A DNA stretch of 64,000 nucleotides from Rhizophagus irregularis (GCF_026210795.1 NC_089432.1:4278001-4342000); one strand, 5' to 3'. Positions 23,765 through 38,707 are shown, numbered from the stretch's first letter. A program made the numbers and translations. The notes: generated by a model from the letters alone, not told the origin.

Positions 23765-24596
23765 TAGTGCTCCTACCGGGTCAGATTTGGTCGGGTTTGG
23801 AGAATATATCCGACTTGACCTGGCAAAAATAGAAATGATCTGATTTTAACCCGACCCGAGTATATTTAATTCAAATGACCCGAGTTAAACCCGAAATTTC
23901 AGTAATTTTTATTGCTGATATATCAAAATATTTTTTCAAACATAATTTTTTCAATAACGCAAGGTAATTGATCTAAAATATGATCATGTAGGTCACACAA
24001 CTTTTTATTATTAAAACAAAAGCTAAGCACGAATTTAAAGATATCTTCAATTCCTGTTTATTTATTGCTTTATATTTGAACTATAAAATCGAAATTGTAT
24101 CACTTGCTTTAACAGAAATTTGACTATATTTTATGTCTGCCAGGACTCTAAACACATGCATGCTCTAATTGTATCTGCTTTAAGACTACATCTTTTTGCA
24201 GCTATCAAATCAGTTCCATCTTTCTACTGGAACGCTGGTTGCTTTATTAATTATCAAAATTGACTTATTAGTTAATGTAATATTAATAATTAATAATAAT
24301 AATTTATACACATATTTGTAATTGCAAGGTGTCTAGCAATTTTCGCTATACTACCTCATTTATCTAACAAAATTATATAAAATTAATCAATATTAACGCA
24401 TAATCAATATGTGATCAGTGATTTTAATGATCATCCGGGTCTAATTCGGGTCAAAACCCAAGTCAAAGAAATGAATAACCCGACCTGACGGGTCGGGTCA
24501 TGCGGGTCACAGGTTATTAAAATTGTTAGTACCGACCCGATTTAAAATTCACTCGGTTAAATTATCCAGGTTAGACCCGAATTTTGCGGAGCACTA
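23765..24596 (-). mobile_element. Internally deleted hAT element retaining a dimerization-domain remnant
   Basis: TIR TAGTGCTCC / GGAGCACTA with many ACCCGA/TCGGGT subterminal motifs. The - strand reads AKIARHL and ATSVPVER..GTDLIAAKRCSLKADTIRACMCLESW at about 24139-24350. No TSD seen. Confidence 0.8.
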
Positions 24597-25586
24597 GCTA
24601 TGCAAGGATTTTTAGTGATTACCAAGATTTAAACTTTCAACAAAAGGTAAGACTTTTTATGACCGTCACGCGCCAAGCCCATTTATTATATCAGAAGCAT
24701 GTATCACACATCAAAAAGAACTTTTTAGACAAATCCAATGTTTCACTCTGAAGAAAATCTCATGCAGTCCTTTAGAAAAAAAAACTATTCCATTCAATGC
24801 CATCCATTCTAACGAGTTATTTAACAAATGGAACAAATCAACAAAATTATTACCTCGTTATAATATGGAATAAGTTACGATGTCACCTATAAAGCCAATT
24901 GTCATAGAACACTCATTACATGCCCTAAAAGTTCGAAAAATTTTCAAATTTCAAAATTAATTGATTTTTGAGTTAAAGAAATGTGAAGGGTATTTCAAGC
25001 CACAAAAACCAAATCAAATTACTGAATTGAAGAGTCAATTTTTAGCCGCTAAATGCAAAACTTATATATTTTATGAGTTGCTATCTTTTCTTTATCTATA
25101 TTCCATTTCAAATTCAACACTTACACCATCAGAGTATAATTTTTACGTCCCTTATTTTTTTTTGCTAACAACACACGTAACCAAATACTAGAAAGGTCGA
25201 TCTTAAGCAAATCGATCGTATATACTTTCAACCATAAATTTGTCCACTTTGCCCTTAACACCCAAACCTATTATCAAATACATTATTCCTACTCCAACAT
25301 TAATAATATTCATACAATTTATAGTAAATTTTTTTTTCAAATTTCATTATGACGTTATTATATGAATGAAATTACTGCGTATTGCGGTACAAACATCGAC
25401 TGATTGACTTTTTGTTTGGTAACAGGGTAATACAGGTAGTACCAAATCACTCTAATCACTCCTGTACGCTTGTACAACTATCATCGGAGAAAAAAAAATT
25501 ATAAATAGGCAAACAATAAAACTTTCAACAATTTTTTTTTAAATTTTACTGTTAACTTATTAATCAATACATCCTATATTTTCAAA

Positions 25587-27866
25587 ATGCAAGATACCGA
25601 GAATACAAATGAATGGGTTAATTGGATTGAGGAAGTTGTTGATAAAGAATATTTTAAATTTTATGAATACAAACAATTTAATAATATTCAATATATTGGT
25701 ACCGGAGGTTTTGGAAAAGTATATCGTGCAAATTATAAAAATTCAGGAAAACTATTTGCGTTAAAATCTTTTTTAAATCTTAATAACATCACAGTGAAAG
25801 AGATTGTTCGTGAGGTAATTTAATATAAAATACATTCTTTTTCGTTTATGATTTTGTTATAATATAACATTTTAAAAAATTTGAATTTTATTTTAGTTAA
25901 AAATTCAACGTGAAGTTGATTTTCATGATAAAATTATTCGTTGCTACAGAATGACAAAACTTGAGTCAGGTATCATTAAGTTACCTTAATAAATAGTATA
26001 ATATTCTTTTAATCGCAAAATCGCCAAATATATTTTATTAATTATTCCTTTTAATCATTAGAAGATTATAATAATTATTGGGTAGTAATGGAATACGCCG
26101 ATGGTGGTAGTCTTCGAAACTATTTAAAGAAAAACTTTAAAAAGCTTACTTGGGACGACAAATATAGTATGGCATACCAGTTATCTTGTGCCATATTATG
26201 TTTACATAACGAAGGAATAGTGCATCGTGATTAGTATTATTTGTCCGTTTAATAATAATATTATGCTTGTATTACCTACTTATTTGAATTTATATATGTT
26301 TCTTTAATAGCACTCCTGTAATATACTAGTCTGTAATAACACAATCAAGTTAGCAGATTTTGGATTACCAAAAAGAATTGGAGCATCCAATTTTCAATCT
26401 AAATTATTTGGGATGGTCCCTTATGTCGACCCAAAAAGCTTTAGTGGACAAAGTAATAATAATAACCAATCCACACAATTGTACTTATTAAATGAAAATA
26501 GTGATATTTACAGTGTTGGAGTATTATTATGGGAGATATCTAGCGGACAACCTCCTTTTTATGTTGAAGGTGAACAATATGAAATTGGCTTAGCTTTAGA
26601 AATTTCACAAGGTCTTAGAGAAACTGTTGTTCCTAATACTCCTGAAGAATATGTAAAAATATATACTAGTGAGTAAAATTTTAGATTTTATATTTTTATA
26701 ATTTGAATATTATTTTAACTAGTTTTGAATTACATTTATTTCTAGAATGTTGGGATGGAGAACCAGATAATCGTCCAAAAATATATCAAGTTGTTGATTG
26801 GCTAAATGCAATAATTACAAAATCAGATGTAATCATAGAAAACCAACAAATTTCAAATGAACGAGAACTTAATGAGGCTTCTATAAGTAATAATGATTCA
26901 GTATTACAAGTAGAATTATCTCAACTTATTCAAAATTTTGATAAAATAAATATAAAAGAAATTGATCCTATGATAATATTAAGTAAACAAAAAAATTTTC
27001 TAATTGAAGATTTTAACATTATAATTGATGTAATAAATGATTTTATTATTAAATTAAATAATAAAGGGCTAGAATGGAAAGCAGAAAAGCAGAAAACTAT
27101 TGAATATTTTAATAATCATAATTTAGATTCACAAGAAATTTATAATTGGTTGTTAGACAATCAAAATAGTTTAAATCCTATTTTTATTCTTGGATATTTT
27201 AATTATTATGGAATTGTAACAAGTGAAGATAATGAGAAAGCATTTAATTTGTTCATTAATGCGTCAGAAAAAAATCATATATTAGCACAATACTTTGTTG
27301 GTGAATGTTATTTTTATGGAAATGGGACTATAAAAAATGAAAAATTAGCTTACAAATACTATAAGAAAGTAGCTAATAAAAATTTATCAAGTGGACAATT
27401 AAATATTGGTTGTTGTTATGATTATGGAATGGGTATTAAAAAAGATTTAAAAGAGGCATTTTATTGGTATGAAAAAGCTGCAAATAATGGAAATATAACG
27501 GCAATGTACAATCTCGGCCTTAATTATAAAGACGAAAAAGGCGTTAAAAAAGATTATGATAAAGCTTTTGAGTTATTTAAACAATCAGCTAAAGGAGGGT
27601 ATTTGGGTGGAATAATGATGTTAGGATATTGTTATAATAAGGGTATTGGAACTAAAATTGATAAGCAAAAAGCATTTGAATTTTATCAAAATGCTGCAAA
27701 TTTAGGACATAATGGTGCACAAAATAATCTTGCTATAATGTTTCAATTAGGAGATGGGATTGCAAAAGATATAGATAAAGCGATTTATTGGTATAAAAAG
27801 TCTGCTGAACAAGGATATGAATTAGCAAACAATAATTTAATAAAGCTTCAGAATAGTTTATTTTAA
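25587..27866 (+). pseudogene. TKL kinase plus Sel1-repeat protein, probably inactivated
   Basis: GTGGFGKVY, FALK, DFG, and Sel1 repeats (YWYEKAA, AQNNLA). At the catalytic-loop exon end it reads CAT CGT GAT TAG (26232-26234), where the paralogs have HxDL|gt, giving a stop or frameshift. Confidence 0.8.
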
Positions 27867-30599
27867 TTATTAAATTATTTAATTTTATCTATTTTATATA
27901 ATTATTTTATATATATTTTCTTTTATATTTAAATGACATTTCAATTTAAAATAAAAAATATTATGATAGAAATATTGGTCATGTAAAATTAACTTTTCGT
28001 TTCTTATAACATAACAATTTTGAAAATGACCTGGCACCTGGCAACCTGGCTTTTAATTTTTTTTTTGCGTGTAAAATTCATATGAAATGTTTTTAATTTT
28101 TTTGGAAATTTAACAAAAACAGACCTGGCTTTGTATGGCCTAAATTATATTTTTTTTAAAATGTAATAATTTAATGCTTGCATTCTTTTCTATTTTTTAA
28201 AAAATTAATTATAGGAAAAAATAAATCATAAAAAGATAATACTAACAAGGTGAAGCATAAATCTAAAGCTTAAATAAAAGAAAGTTGTTGCTTGCTAGCC
28301 AGTTATGATATTTTCTATAAAATGATTTTGATAAAATTGATTTAGCTTTTCTAACTTTTCCCATAAAAAAAAAAAAAGAATTAATTAATAGTTATCACAA
28401 CTATTCTTATTATTAATAATTACAAAAATGTAATGATTACTGAATTTAGATTGAATAATATGCATTGCAACATTTCATTTCTAATTTACATTTTAGCATT
28501 ACTAATTGTTCAAAATTTTTTCTTCTTTTATACAAACTAATTCTTCAATAATACTAGAGTTCCATATCTTATTTGAATAAAATATCCATAAAATGACATA
28601 TGTTGTCTAATTAGTTTTATAAATAATTATTCATAACTAGTGATTTTTTTAATTTACCATTTATATAGGCGATTTTAGATTAAATTTTAGCAAGAGTAGA
28701 ATAAATCTAAAACAATTATAAAGAAGTCATATTATTTTTAAGACTATCATAGTGGAAAACTAAAAATGAAAAAAAGAACTTTGCTGAATTATATCAAATT
28801 GTGCCCAAATAATAAACAAATTGTGGTCAAATCGTGCAAGTAATCGTTGAATTTTTAGTAATGTTCTGGGAACAAGACGACAATCTGGTAAATAATTGTT
28901 TACCTGCAGTTACTGCGCATTAAGATGATTGCAGATCAATTTTTCGATTAATCCGTTACGAAATTAATTTTTTATTTCATCACCTTAATACCCCTGAACT
29001 CCTTTTAACTACTAAATTTATTATCAAAAATGTTTAAACTCTTAACCATTTCGATAAAATATTAAAACAATATTATATATTTATATAACAAAGAAATATT
29101 TGTTCCTCATATATAAATAATTTTCAAATTCGGGACTATCACTGATGTACCATTCATATCAACTTTACCTTATAGAATATACTCAAAGCTTCAATTCAGC
29201 ATTCTCACCCATTATAATAAATTTTAAGGTGAGCCTACAAAAAAAATCATAAAAAACAGTTAATAATCTGTTTCTTCAACCAAAAAATTCAAAAATTTTG
29301 AGGTTCAAATAGCATCAAAACTCATATTATGAAACAAAGTTGAACCCTAAAAAAAATGGTTAGAACAATATGTAAACCATTTTTCAATTTGATACAAAGT
29401 CAAGGTTTCAAAATAATTCTGAAACTTACCATGTCTTTAAAATTCCAAAGGTCAAACTAAAAAACATAAATTCATCAGGATAGCAAAACTTACTATTTTA
29501 TAAAATCCAAACCCTACAAAAGAAAATAAAAAAGAAACCTATAATGTTTCTTTAAAAGTAAAGTTTTGAAGTCCAACTTCGAAACTTACCCATTCAGATA
29601 CAAATGTGGAAAAATGATATTTTTTTTAAAAAATTCTCAAAATGTTTTCAAAACTTAAAAATCGGAACCGGAAAGAACAGTTAACGTTAATAACAGTTCA
29701 TTAAGAGTAAATGAATTAAAGAAAACAAGGAAAAAAACTCACTAAAATTCGAAATGTTAGCTAGTGGCATTTTATTGAGAAAAATAATGAAAATGAATAA
29801 CCTACGCCAAAACTGTACCCTATAAAAAAAAAGAAAATGAAGATAATGTTAGTAAATGTTTTTTTTAATTAAAGCATGATAAAAAATGTTAATTAAAAAA
29901 TGATATACTTTTTTTTTAATCCAGCATCCAGAGACCAGCCACCAAACTATTATAAAATAAAAGAACAAAATATAAGTAAAAGATGTTTCATTTTTTATAA
30001 GTAGGAAAAAAAAACAATAAAAAAAATTTAACCACTTACCATAATTCTTGCATCCAAAGAGACTGGAGTGAGTTACAAGAGAAAAAAAAAAGAAATTATT
30101 TTAACGTTAAAATTTGTGAAAAATTAAAAATGTGAAATAAAAAGACTTTTCCGAATTTAGAATAGAAATAAAAATTAAAACATTACTAAATGTTTCGTTA
30201 AGAATAAATAACCTCACCACAATCATTTCAACGACATATTTGAATTTTTATAAAATGTGTTAATTGATGAAAATAAAAATATTCTTAAAAGTTTTCTACT
30301 GATTTTCTTCTCATAAATTGAAGAAAATTTTCATTCACCAATTAAGTGAAACTAATTAAAAAGAGGGATGATGATTTTATGGCTAATAAATGTAAGTTAA
30401 TACATTATCAAATGGCACGAGTAATAATTTTTTTAATTTTTGAACGAGATTTCGATGTTATTTCAATTGTTACATTGTCACAAGTTGTGTGTTATATTAC
30501 TATTATATTAGGATCTTAGAATTCTTAAAATGTCTTGGTGGTATTTATCGATTTAGCTAAAATTTAGTAAATAAAGAATTCAAGTTTTGATAAATAAAC

Positions 30600-31290
30600 T
30601 CCTTTTAATTATTATAATTATTATTATCTCATTGTAATCGAAACTTTGGAAACCTAATAAAATTTGATATTGAATTGTTGAATAAGTGCAATTACAAAGT
30701 TTGAAGGGTGCTTTATAATTCTGTATAAATTTTAAATTTTTTTGTGAGAAAATATTAATACTTATATCATCATTATAATTTGAACTTTCCCAAGACGGAC
30801 ATCTTAGTCTGAGTCTTAGAGACAAACTTCTATTAATATAATAAATTAAATTTTCGGATTTATTATTATCCAATCAAAATTCGATACGTTTTAATTTAAT
30901 TATATCAAGATACTTAATTCCGAACATCAAAATAATCATCGATATTCCTAATAATTTTTTATAATTAATAATATCATCAAATAATAGTCTTATTCATTAT
31001 TGTTCTTGATGAAATTAATTGGATATATAAATTAAAAATAAAGATGGATGTTGCTATAATAATAAAGGTCCCTATTAAACTTTTTTTGTTAATAATGAGA
31101 TTATAAGAGAATTATAGAAACATTTAATTGTCGTTCTTAGTAATTTTATATCTAGAATAAATACATTATTTATCAACGGATCTTTCCATTTATTAGCTCA
31201 AAGTAAAATAGACATGAATATAAAGATTCTTCCAAGATTTCTTTATGTAATAATAATTCAATACAATTTTTGGAAGTTACCTCTTGTTAT
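30600..31290 (-). pseudogene. Degraded gene remnant, possibly F-box/LRR family; paralogous to 45600-46250
   Basis: Shares AATAAGTGCAATTACA, ATTTTTTTGTGAGA..TTTGAACTTTC and GATACGTTTTAATT with 45870-46095. The fragment EESLYSCL resembles F-box N-termini. Confidence 0.35.
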
Positions 31291-31521
31291 TCTTTTTATT
31301 TAACTAATCTTAAATTGTATTTTTTTTCTTTTGATTTTCGTAAAAACTTTAAATGCTTAATTTGTTTAATACGTGAAATAAAGTAAATATGATCAGCGCT
31401 CACTAATTCATTACACGTGATTAAAGTCACATTCTTTTTTAGTGTACCTCTGACCTGTGTAATTTGTGTCCGTAAATTAAAAAAATAATTTTTCCATAAT
31501 AATATTATGTACATATTCAAA

Positions 31522-31725
31522 ATGTCAGAAATGAATGAATGGTTTAAATGGATTGATGAAGCTATTTCTAAAAGCATATTAAACATTACGAATATAAATA
31601 TTTTAAAAATATTCAAGAAATTTGCATCGGTGGTTTTGGAAAAGTTTATCGTGCGAAATGGAAAAATCTACCTAAATATTTTGCATTAAAATCTCTTAAT
31701 ATTTATGAAGGAGCCATTAAAGAAC
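31522..31725 (+). pseudogene. 5' fragment of a TKL kinase
   Basis: MSEMNEWFKWIDEAISK, then a frameshift to KHIKHYEYKYFKNIQEICIGGFGKVYRAKWKN..FALKS. Homology ends abruptly. Confidence 0.8.
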
Positions 31726-33334
31726 CCGGGCGTAGTTGCTTCTGATATTGCTAGTTAAACATAAGTAGTATTTGACATTAATGGATTTGGATGTGTATCA
31801 TCTTGAAGTTTGTTTCTTGAACCATTTTCGTTTGAATGATTTTCATTTTTTGATGATTTTACTTCCATTTTTAAATATTCAATGTAACTGACTTTACCTT
31901 TTTCAATGAATTCAATTAAACTAAAAAAAAGTAATTACACCTTTTCAAGTTTTTAATCTTTTCATCCTTTTTGTCTAATTCCTTTTCCAGCTTTCTATTT
32001 TCATGAAACCTTTTATAATAAAAAAAAGTGTAAAATAAAAATCCATTATCCAATTATAAAAAATAACACAAATTATTTTTTTGAGAATGAGTTTTTGAGT
32101 CGCTATAATATCATTTTTTATTTCGAGGTAAAATTTTTTTAACCATGATTTTTAGGTGTAAAATGAAAAATATCTAGTTTGAGGAATAACTTGTCAACAA
32201 AACTTTTATCCCTGATTATATTAAAAGAAATTAAATGTTTTACATTAAAATAAAATTAATAAGTTGTAAAGAGAATTCAAGTATTATTAAAAGAAAATCA
32301 GGATGGTAGTCAACTTTACAGTATAGTCTAACATAAATTGTCTTATAACATGTAACAGTTGTAACACCTCTTTTATAAGATTGTGTAAAAGATGTAATTT
32401 AACTTATTAAAATTCTGAAATGATATTGGTTAGTGATTTTGACGGACTGATATACAGTCTAATTATACCTTTTATGTCAAATATTTTTTTTTTACTGATT
32501 TTATTGATGCGCGGTTTAAATTGTTATATAGTAACAAAATAATATGTAACGCGTCTCCACAAGTGATGACTCATAATTAATAAAGATTGAAGTTTAACTA
32601 CTTTAACTTATTAAAATATTGGTTGGTGATTTATATACAGTTTAATTATACCTTTTATGTGCAGTATAAACAATAGACTATTTTTTACTATTTTTCCATT
32701 TTTGCAAGTCCGCAAGAGTTGATTACAATATTAGTATAATTTATACTTTTTATATGAAAAGCTTGTGCAACAAAAAAAAATATTTATATAGTCCTTTTTT
32801 CTTTTTTTTTTATTACACATCCTCTTATTCCAAACATCCTTCTATTCCACACATACACATCCACTTATTTTTTTCCTCCTTTAGAGAAAGGTAACAAACT
32901 TTTTTCGCGCAAATAAATATTTTTGTTTTTTTTTTACGCGAAAAAAATAATATTCTTCCTTTCTATTATTCTTGAGAAAGGTAACAAACTTTTTTTTGCG
33001 CAAATAAATATTCTTATTTTTTTATTGCGCAAAGAAATAAATATTCTTTCCGCAAATATTTTTATTTTCATATATGTATTTTTTTTATCCATTTAAATAA
33101 ATATTTTTTTTTTTTACACAAATAATTATCTAGGGTATACCATTTATTCCAAGATCAGGACAACAAATGTTGAACAATAAATAAGTATTACTCCTAATAT
33201 GATCAACACAGAGATAAAGTCTAGAAAGGTGAGAAACGTTAGACTAGACTAACCTACTCAAGAAGTCAACCAAAGGATAACATCTCCAAATCATTGTCAT
33301 CAAGACCCAGGTTCTATAACAAAATCAACTGGAA

Positions 33335-34468
33335 TTTATTTATCACATTTAGTACATTTGGTGAGTTATTGTGTTTAAATTTAAAAAGTTTGGGCTTTAA
33401 TTGCAATGAAGGCTTTTTTACGATTTAGTTCATGGGTCTGCTCACGTATGTATATGTCTAAGGTTTTCCAAACTTGCTTAGGCTTATTTGTCGGGATTCT
33501 TTGTGAGTCTAGATGAAATCTGGTATATGTGCCTGAGTAAGCGTGAATGAGCATTCTGATATCAGCCTAGTAATTCAATAACTCATTTATCCGAGTGATC
33601 ATAGGATAACCTTTCTCTTTAATCTAGATTATTATTTTCCTTGCGCAAGAAATCGGATTTAATTTAATTTATCACATGTGGTACATTTGGTGAGTTGTTG
33701 TGTTTAAATTTAAAAAGTTTGGGCTTTAATTGCAATGAAGGCTTTTTTACGATTTAGTTCATGGGTCTGCTCACGTATGTATATGTCTAAGGTTTTCCAA
33801 ACTTGCTTATGCTTATTTGTCGGGATTCTTTGTGAGTCTAGATGAAATCTGGTATATGTGCCTGAGTAAGCGTGAATGAGCGTTCTGATATCAGCCTAGT
33901 AATTTAATAACTCATTTATCCGAGTGATCATAGGATAACCTTTCTCTTTAATCTAGATTATTATTCTCCTTGCGCAAGAAATCGGATTTAATTTAATTTA
34001 TCACATGTGGTACATTTGGTGAGTTGTTGTGTTTAAATTTAAAAAATTTGGGCTTTAATTGCAATGAAGGCTTTTTTACGATTCAGTTCATGGGTCTGCT
34101 CACGTATGTATATGTCTAAGGTTTTCCAAATTTGCTTATGCTTATTTGTCGGGATTCTTTGTGAGTCTAGATGAAATCTGGTATATGTGCCTGAGTAAGC
34201 GTGGATGAGCGTTCTGATATCAGCCTAGTAATTCAACAACTCATTTATCTGAGTGATCATAGGATAACCTTTCTCTTTATTTCTAGGTTATTATCATCAA
34301 GATCCAGGTTTTCTGTATTTATCAATTCTATTGATATATTTTTCTAATATTAATTTTATTATCAAGACCAAGGTCTCCTTACACAAGAAATCCATAACAA
34401 AATCAACGAATTTATTTATCACATTTGGTACATTTGGTGAGTTATTTTGTTTAAATTTAAAAAGTTTG
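33335..34468. repeat. 329-bp tandem repeat, about 3 copies plus a partial fourth start
   Basis: The anchor CATTTGGTGAGTT has its GG at 33360, 33689, 34018 and 34436. The copies are nearly identical. Confidence 0.95.
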
Positions 34469-34849
34469 GTGGCAAAAAATCACGTAAAATATAATTTTTT
34501 AGAGTAATTTAACCCAGGTTATTTAACCCAGGGGGCAAATTAGCAATTAAAAAGTCATTAAGAAATTTTAGCTTAATATTAACCAATTTCCACTATATAT
34601 TCTGTAGTATTAATAGGAATTAATAAATTAAAACCAAGTTTAAATCGTAGCAACTTATAAAACCATGCTTAATTATGTTTACATTATATAAATTTTATAC
34701 TTAAATAATTTATAATATTTAATTCAAAAAGATTGATTTTTATCGCAACTTCCATTATTTTTATTTTTTCATTATCAAATTTTATAATAACAATAATAAA
34801 AAATAAAAAATAAAAAGTTCATTTCAAATATTCACATTAGTAACTGGAT

Positions 34850-35740
34850 TAGTACCAATATTCCATGTAAAATCATTATTTAAATCTTTTTCATGTTACT
34901 TGACAATTTTATAATGCTTTATTACTTTCGGTCCATACATTTTAATTATATCAATCAATTGATCCAAATTCGGGTAATCTGATATATCCATCAAATAAGT
35001 ATTTATTTCTAATAATATAAGATTTTTTGTCCAATTCGATCTAATTTACATTAATATAAAGAAAATTTAAATTTGAATAAACCCATTGGTGATGATTTAT
35101 TCAATATTTTCGAAAGTAAATCAATATAATATAATCTCCTTGAATATATAAATCTTTTAAATATTGATATCTAATCAATATTTTCTCCAAATCATAATAA
35201 GTTGCCTCATCTTTATCGTCAATGGTTGTCTTAAAATATTTGATCTTTGGACAATTTTTACAAATTGTATTAGTAAGTTTTCTATTAATGTGATAATAAT
35301 TATAACTTAATTCGGTAATATGGCCTTCCGTACCAATCACAATTTTAGGTAAAACTCTCCAGGTTTTAAGGTTTCTAAAATAGGTAAAGAAACAATTTCC
35401 AAACTTTCACATTTCATGTTATGTTCTAAAGAAATCTCTAAACTTATTAAATTTACAAGATATGAAAGAACATTCGTGACAGGTTTCCAATCTAATCTTA
35501 TATGTTTTATAGAATTAGCACTTTTAATTAATGCTTCTTCAATAGAATTTACTTGAAAATTCACTAAAGATGACTTCTAGATTTTTTTGAGATTCAATTA
35601 ATTTTATACAATTCCAGAATTATTGATTTTTATGCTATTTTTATTAAATTGCATTTTTTTAATTGATTTACTAAATTTAGATAATCCTATCAAATTATCA
35701 ACTAATTAATATTATCAAGATTTCTTGTAATGCGACATTA
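34850..35740 (-). pseudogene. F-box/LRR (RNI-like) protein remnant
   Basis: Frameshifted pieces LIKSANSIKHIRLDW, SLPILETLK and ICKNCPKIKYF, typical of the expanded F-box/LRR families of these fungi. Confidence 0.55.
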
Positions 35741-36396
35741 AATGTTATTTTTTTTTTTAAAGTTGGATTATTATTCACTCTTTAATTTATTACTAAACTA
35801 TCATGCAATTTATTTACCTAAATAAAGGACGAAATTAACTGCAATTACAATATTTATTAACTATATTAGGTTGATGTGTGGTGACTTCGTCGCCACCAGA
35901 TAAATTATTCAAAACATAAGTGATCAGGCATTTATTTATGATTATTTTAATTAGTATAAAAAAAAAATTATACAACTAAATTAAATTGTACTTGCTATAA
36001 TAGATACTAACACGATTGAATTTATTTTATTCTACTTATCTAATATTAATTTTAGTATCAGTATTCAGATTCATTAAATTGTAGGGACCTTGACTAGCAA
36101 CTTTATTTTATTTTAGCTTTAGTTTTATGTTTAATTTATTTATTATCATTTTACAAATGAACTTTTTCCTATAATCAATTTTTTAAAAATAGAAAAGAAT
36201 ACAAACCATTAAATTTTTTACACTTTTAAAATTTTGATGTTAAATGACATTTCAAATTAAAATGTTATGTTTAAGTTTATAAAAATGATTACTATATAAA
36301 AATAGATAATATTATAGCAATTTATGTATTTGTATTTCATTTACAACTTGTAAATTCTTTTTTTAACTACTGTAACGAAATAAATGATTTAAAGTT

Positions 36397-38707
36397 TTAT
36401 AATTCAATGATTGAAGGAAAATTATCATGAATTACTATTTGATTATTTTGAAGTGATTTATATTTATCTTGTGCATCTAGATCTCCTTGTTTGGCAGATT
36501 TTTCATACCAATAAATTGCTTTACCTATATCTTTTGTAATTCCATTTCCTTCTTCATACATTAAAGCAAGATTATATTGTGCTATAACATCCCCTAAATT
36601 TGCAGCACTATGATATAATTCAAATGCTTTTTTCTTATCAATTTTAGTACCAATACCATTACTATAACAATATCCTAACATAATTATTCCATCTGAATAT
36701 CCTCCTTCAGCTGATTTATTATATAAATCAAAAGCTTTATTAAAATTTTTTTCAACAACAATTCCATTTTCATAAAATCTACTAAGATTATATATAGCTA
36801 TAATATTATCATTATTTGCAGCTTTTTCATACCAATAAAAAGCTTTTTGATAATCTATATCAACTCCTATTCCTTTTTCATAAAAATAACCCATTTCTAA
36901 TTGCCCACTTGAAAAATTTTCATTAGCCACTTTTTCATAATATTCAAATGCTAATTTTTCATTTTTTATAGTTCCATATCCATAACTATAACAATAACCA
37001 ACAAAAAGATGTGCTATTATATGATTTCTTTGTGATGCATTAATAAACAAGTTAAATGCTTTCTCATTATTTTCACTTGTTACAATTCCATAATAATTAA
37101 AATACCCAAGAATAAAAATAGAATTTGAACTATTTTGATTATCTAATAACCAACTATAAATTTCTTGAGAATTTATATTATAATTATTAAAATATTCAAT
37201 AACTTGTTGTTTTGCTTTAAGTCCTTTATTTTTTAATATAAAAATAAAATCATCTATTTCATCAATTATAATGTTAAAATCTTCAATTGGAAAATTTTCT
37301 TCTTTACTTAGTATTAAAATAGGATCAATTTCTTTTATATTTAATTTATCAAAATTTTGAATAGGTTGAAATAAATCTACTTGTAAATTTGAATTATTAG
37401 TACTTAAAGAAGCCTCATTAATTTCTTGTTCATTTAGTATTTGATCATTTTCTACTATTACATCTGTTTTTGTCATTATGGCATTAAGCCAATCAACCAC
37501 TTGATATATTGTTGGTCGATTATCAGGCTCATCATCCCAACATTCTAAAGAACCATATATAATTAAAGATTAATAAAAATAGTATTTAATTTAAGAATTT
37601 TAAATTTAAAATATTACTTACTGGTATAGATTTTGATATATTTTTCAGGAGTACCAGGAACAATAGTTTCTCTAAGACCTTGTGAAATTTCCAAAGCGAA
37701 ATCAATATCAAATTGTTTATCTTCATCATAAAAAGGAGGTCGCCCACTAGATATCTCCCATAATAATACGCCTAAACTATAAATATCACTTTTTTCATTC
37801 AATGAGCATATTTGTGTTGATTGATTGTTATTATTTCTTTGTCCACTAAAGCTTTTTGGATCAATATAAGGAACCATCCCAAATAATTTAGATTGAAAAT
37901 TGGATGATTCACCAATTCTTTTTGATAATCCGAAATCCGCTAATTTGATTGCATTATTATGGATCAATATATTATAGGAGTGCTATTAAAGAAACATATG
38001 TATATTCAAATGAGTAATACAGGTATAATATTATTATTAATCAAATAATGTTAAATTAATTACCAAATCACGATGCACAATTCCCGTGTTATGTAAGTGC
38101 GATACAGCACTAGATAACTGATATGCCAAATTATACTTGTCATCCCACGTAAGCCTATTAAAATTTTCTTTCAAATAACTTCGAAGAGTACCACTATTAG
38201 CATATTCCATTACTAGCTGGTAATTATTATGATTTTCTAATTAATAAAAAAAAAATAATTAATAAAATGAACTTTGTGAAATTTTTCAATCAAAAGAATA
38301 GTTATATTTATTAAGGTGACTTTTATAAATACCTGACTCAAGTTTTGTTATTCCATAGCAACGAATAATATTATCATGAAAATCAACTTCGTGTTGAATT
38401 TTTAACTGAATAAAATATAAAAATATTTGAAATAAATATATTAGATAAAATTTATAGACGAAAAAAAATGTATTATACATTAAAATACCTCACGAACGAT
38501 TTCTTTCATGGTGATATTATCAAGACTAAAAAAAGATTTTAACGCAAATTGCTTTTCTGAATTTTTCCAATTTGCACGAAATACTTTTCCGTAACCTCCA
38601 GTACCAATATGTTGAATATTATCAAATTCTTTATATTCATATGATTTAAAATATTCTTTATCCACTGATTCCTCAATCCAATTAACCCATTCATTTGTAT
38701 CTTGCAT
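36397..38707 (-). CDS. TKL kinase plus Sel1-repeat protein, apparently intact, 5 exons
   Basis: GTGGYGKVF, FALK, GIVHRDL|HSYNIL, LADFG, SDIYSLGVLLWE, CWD, and multiple Sel1 repeats. Canonical GT-AG introns. Confidence 0.9.

Noticed and set aside
23757..24604. TSD for the 23765-24596 hAT
   Set aside because: The flanks GAAACAAT and GCTATGCA do not match.
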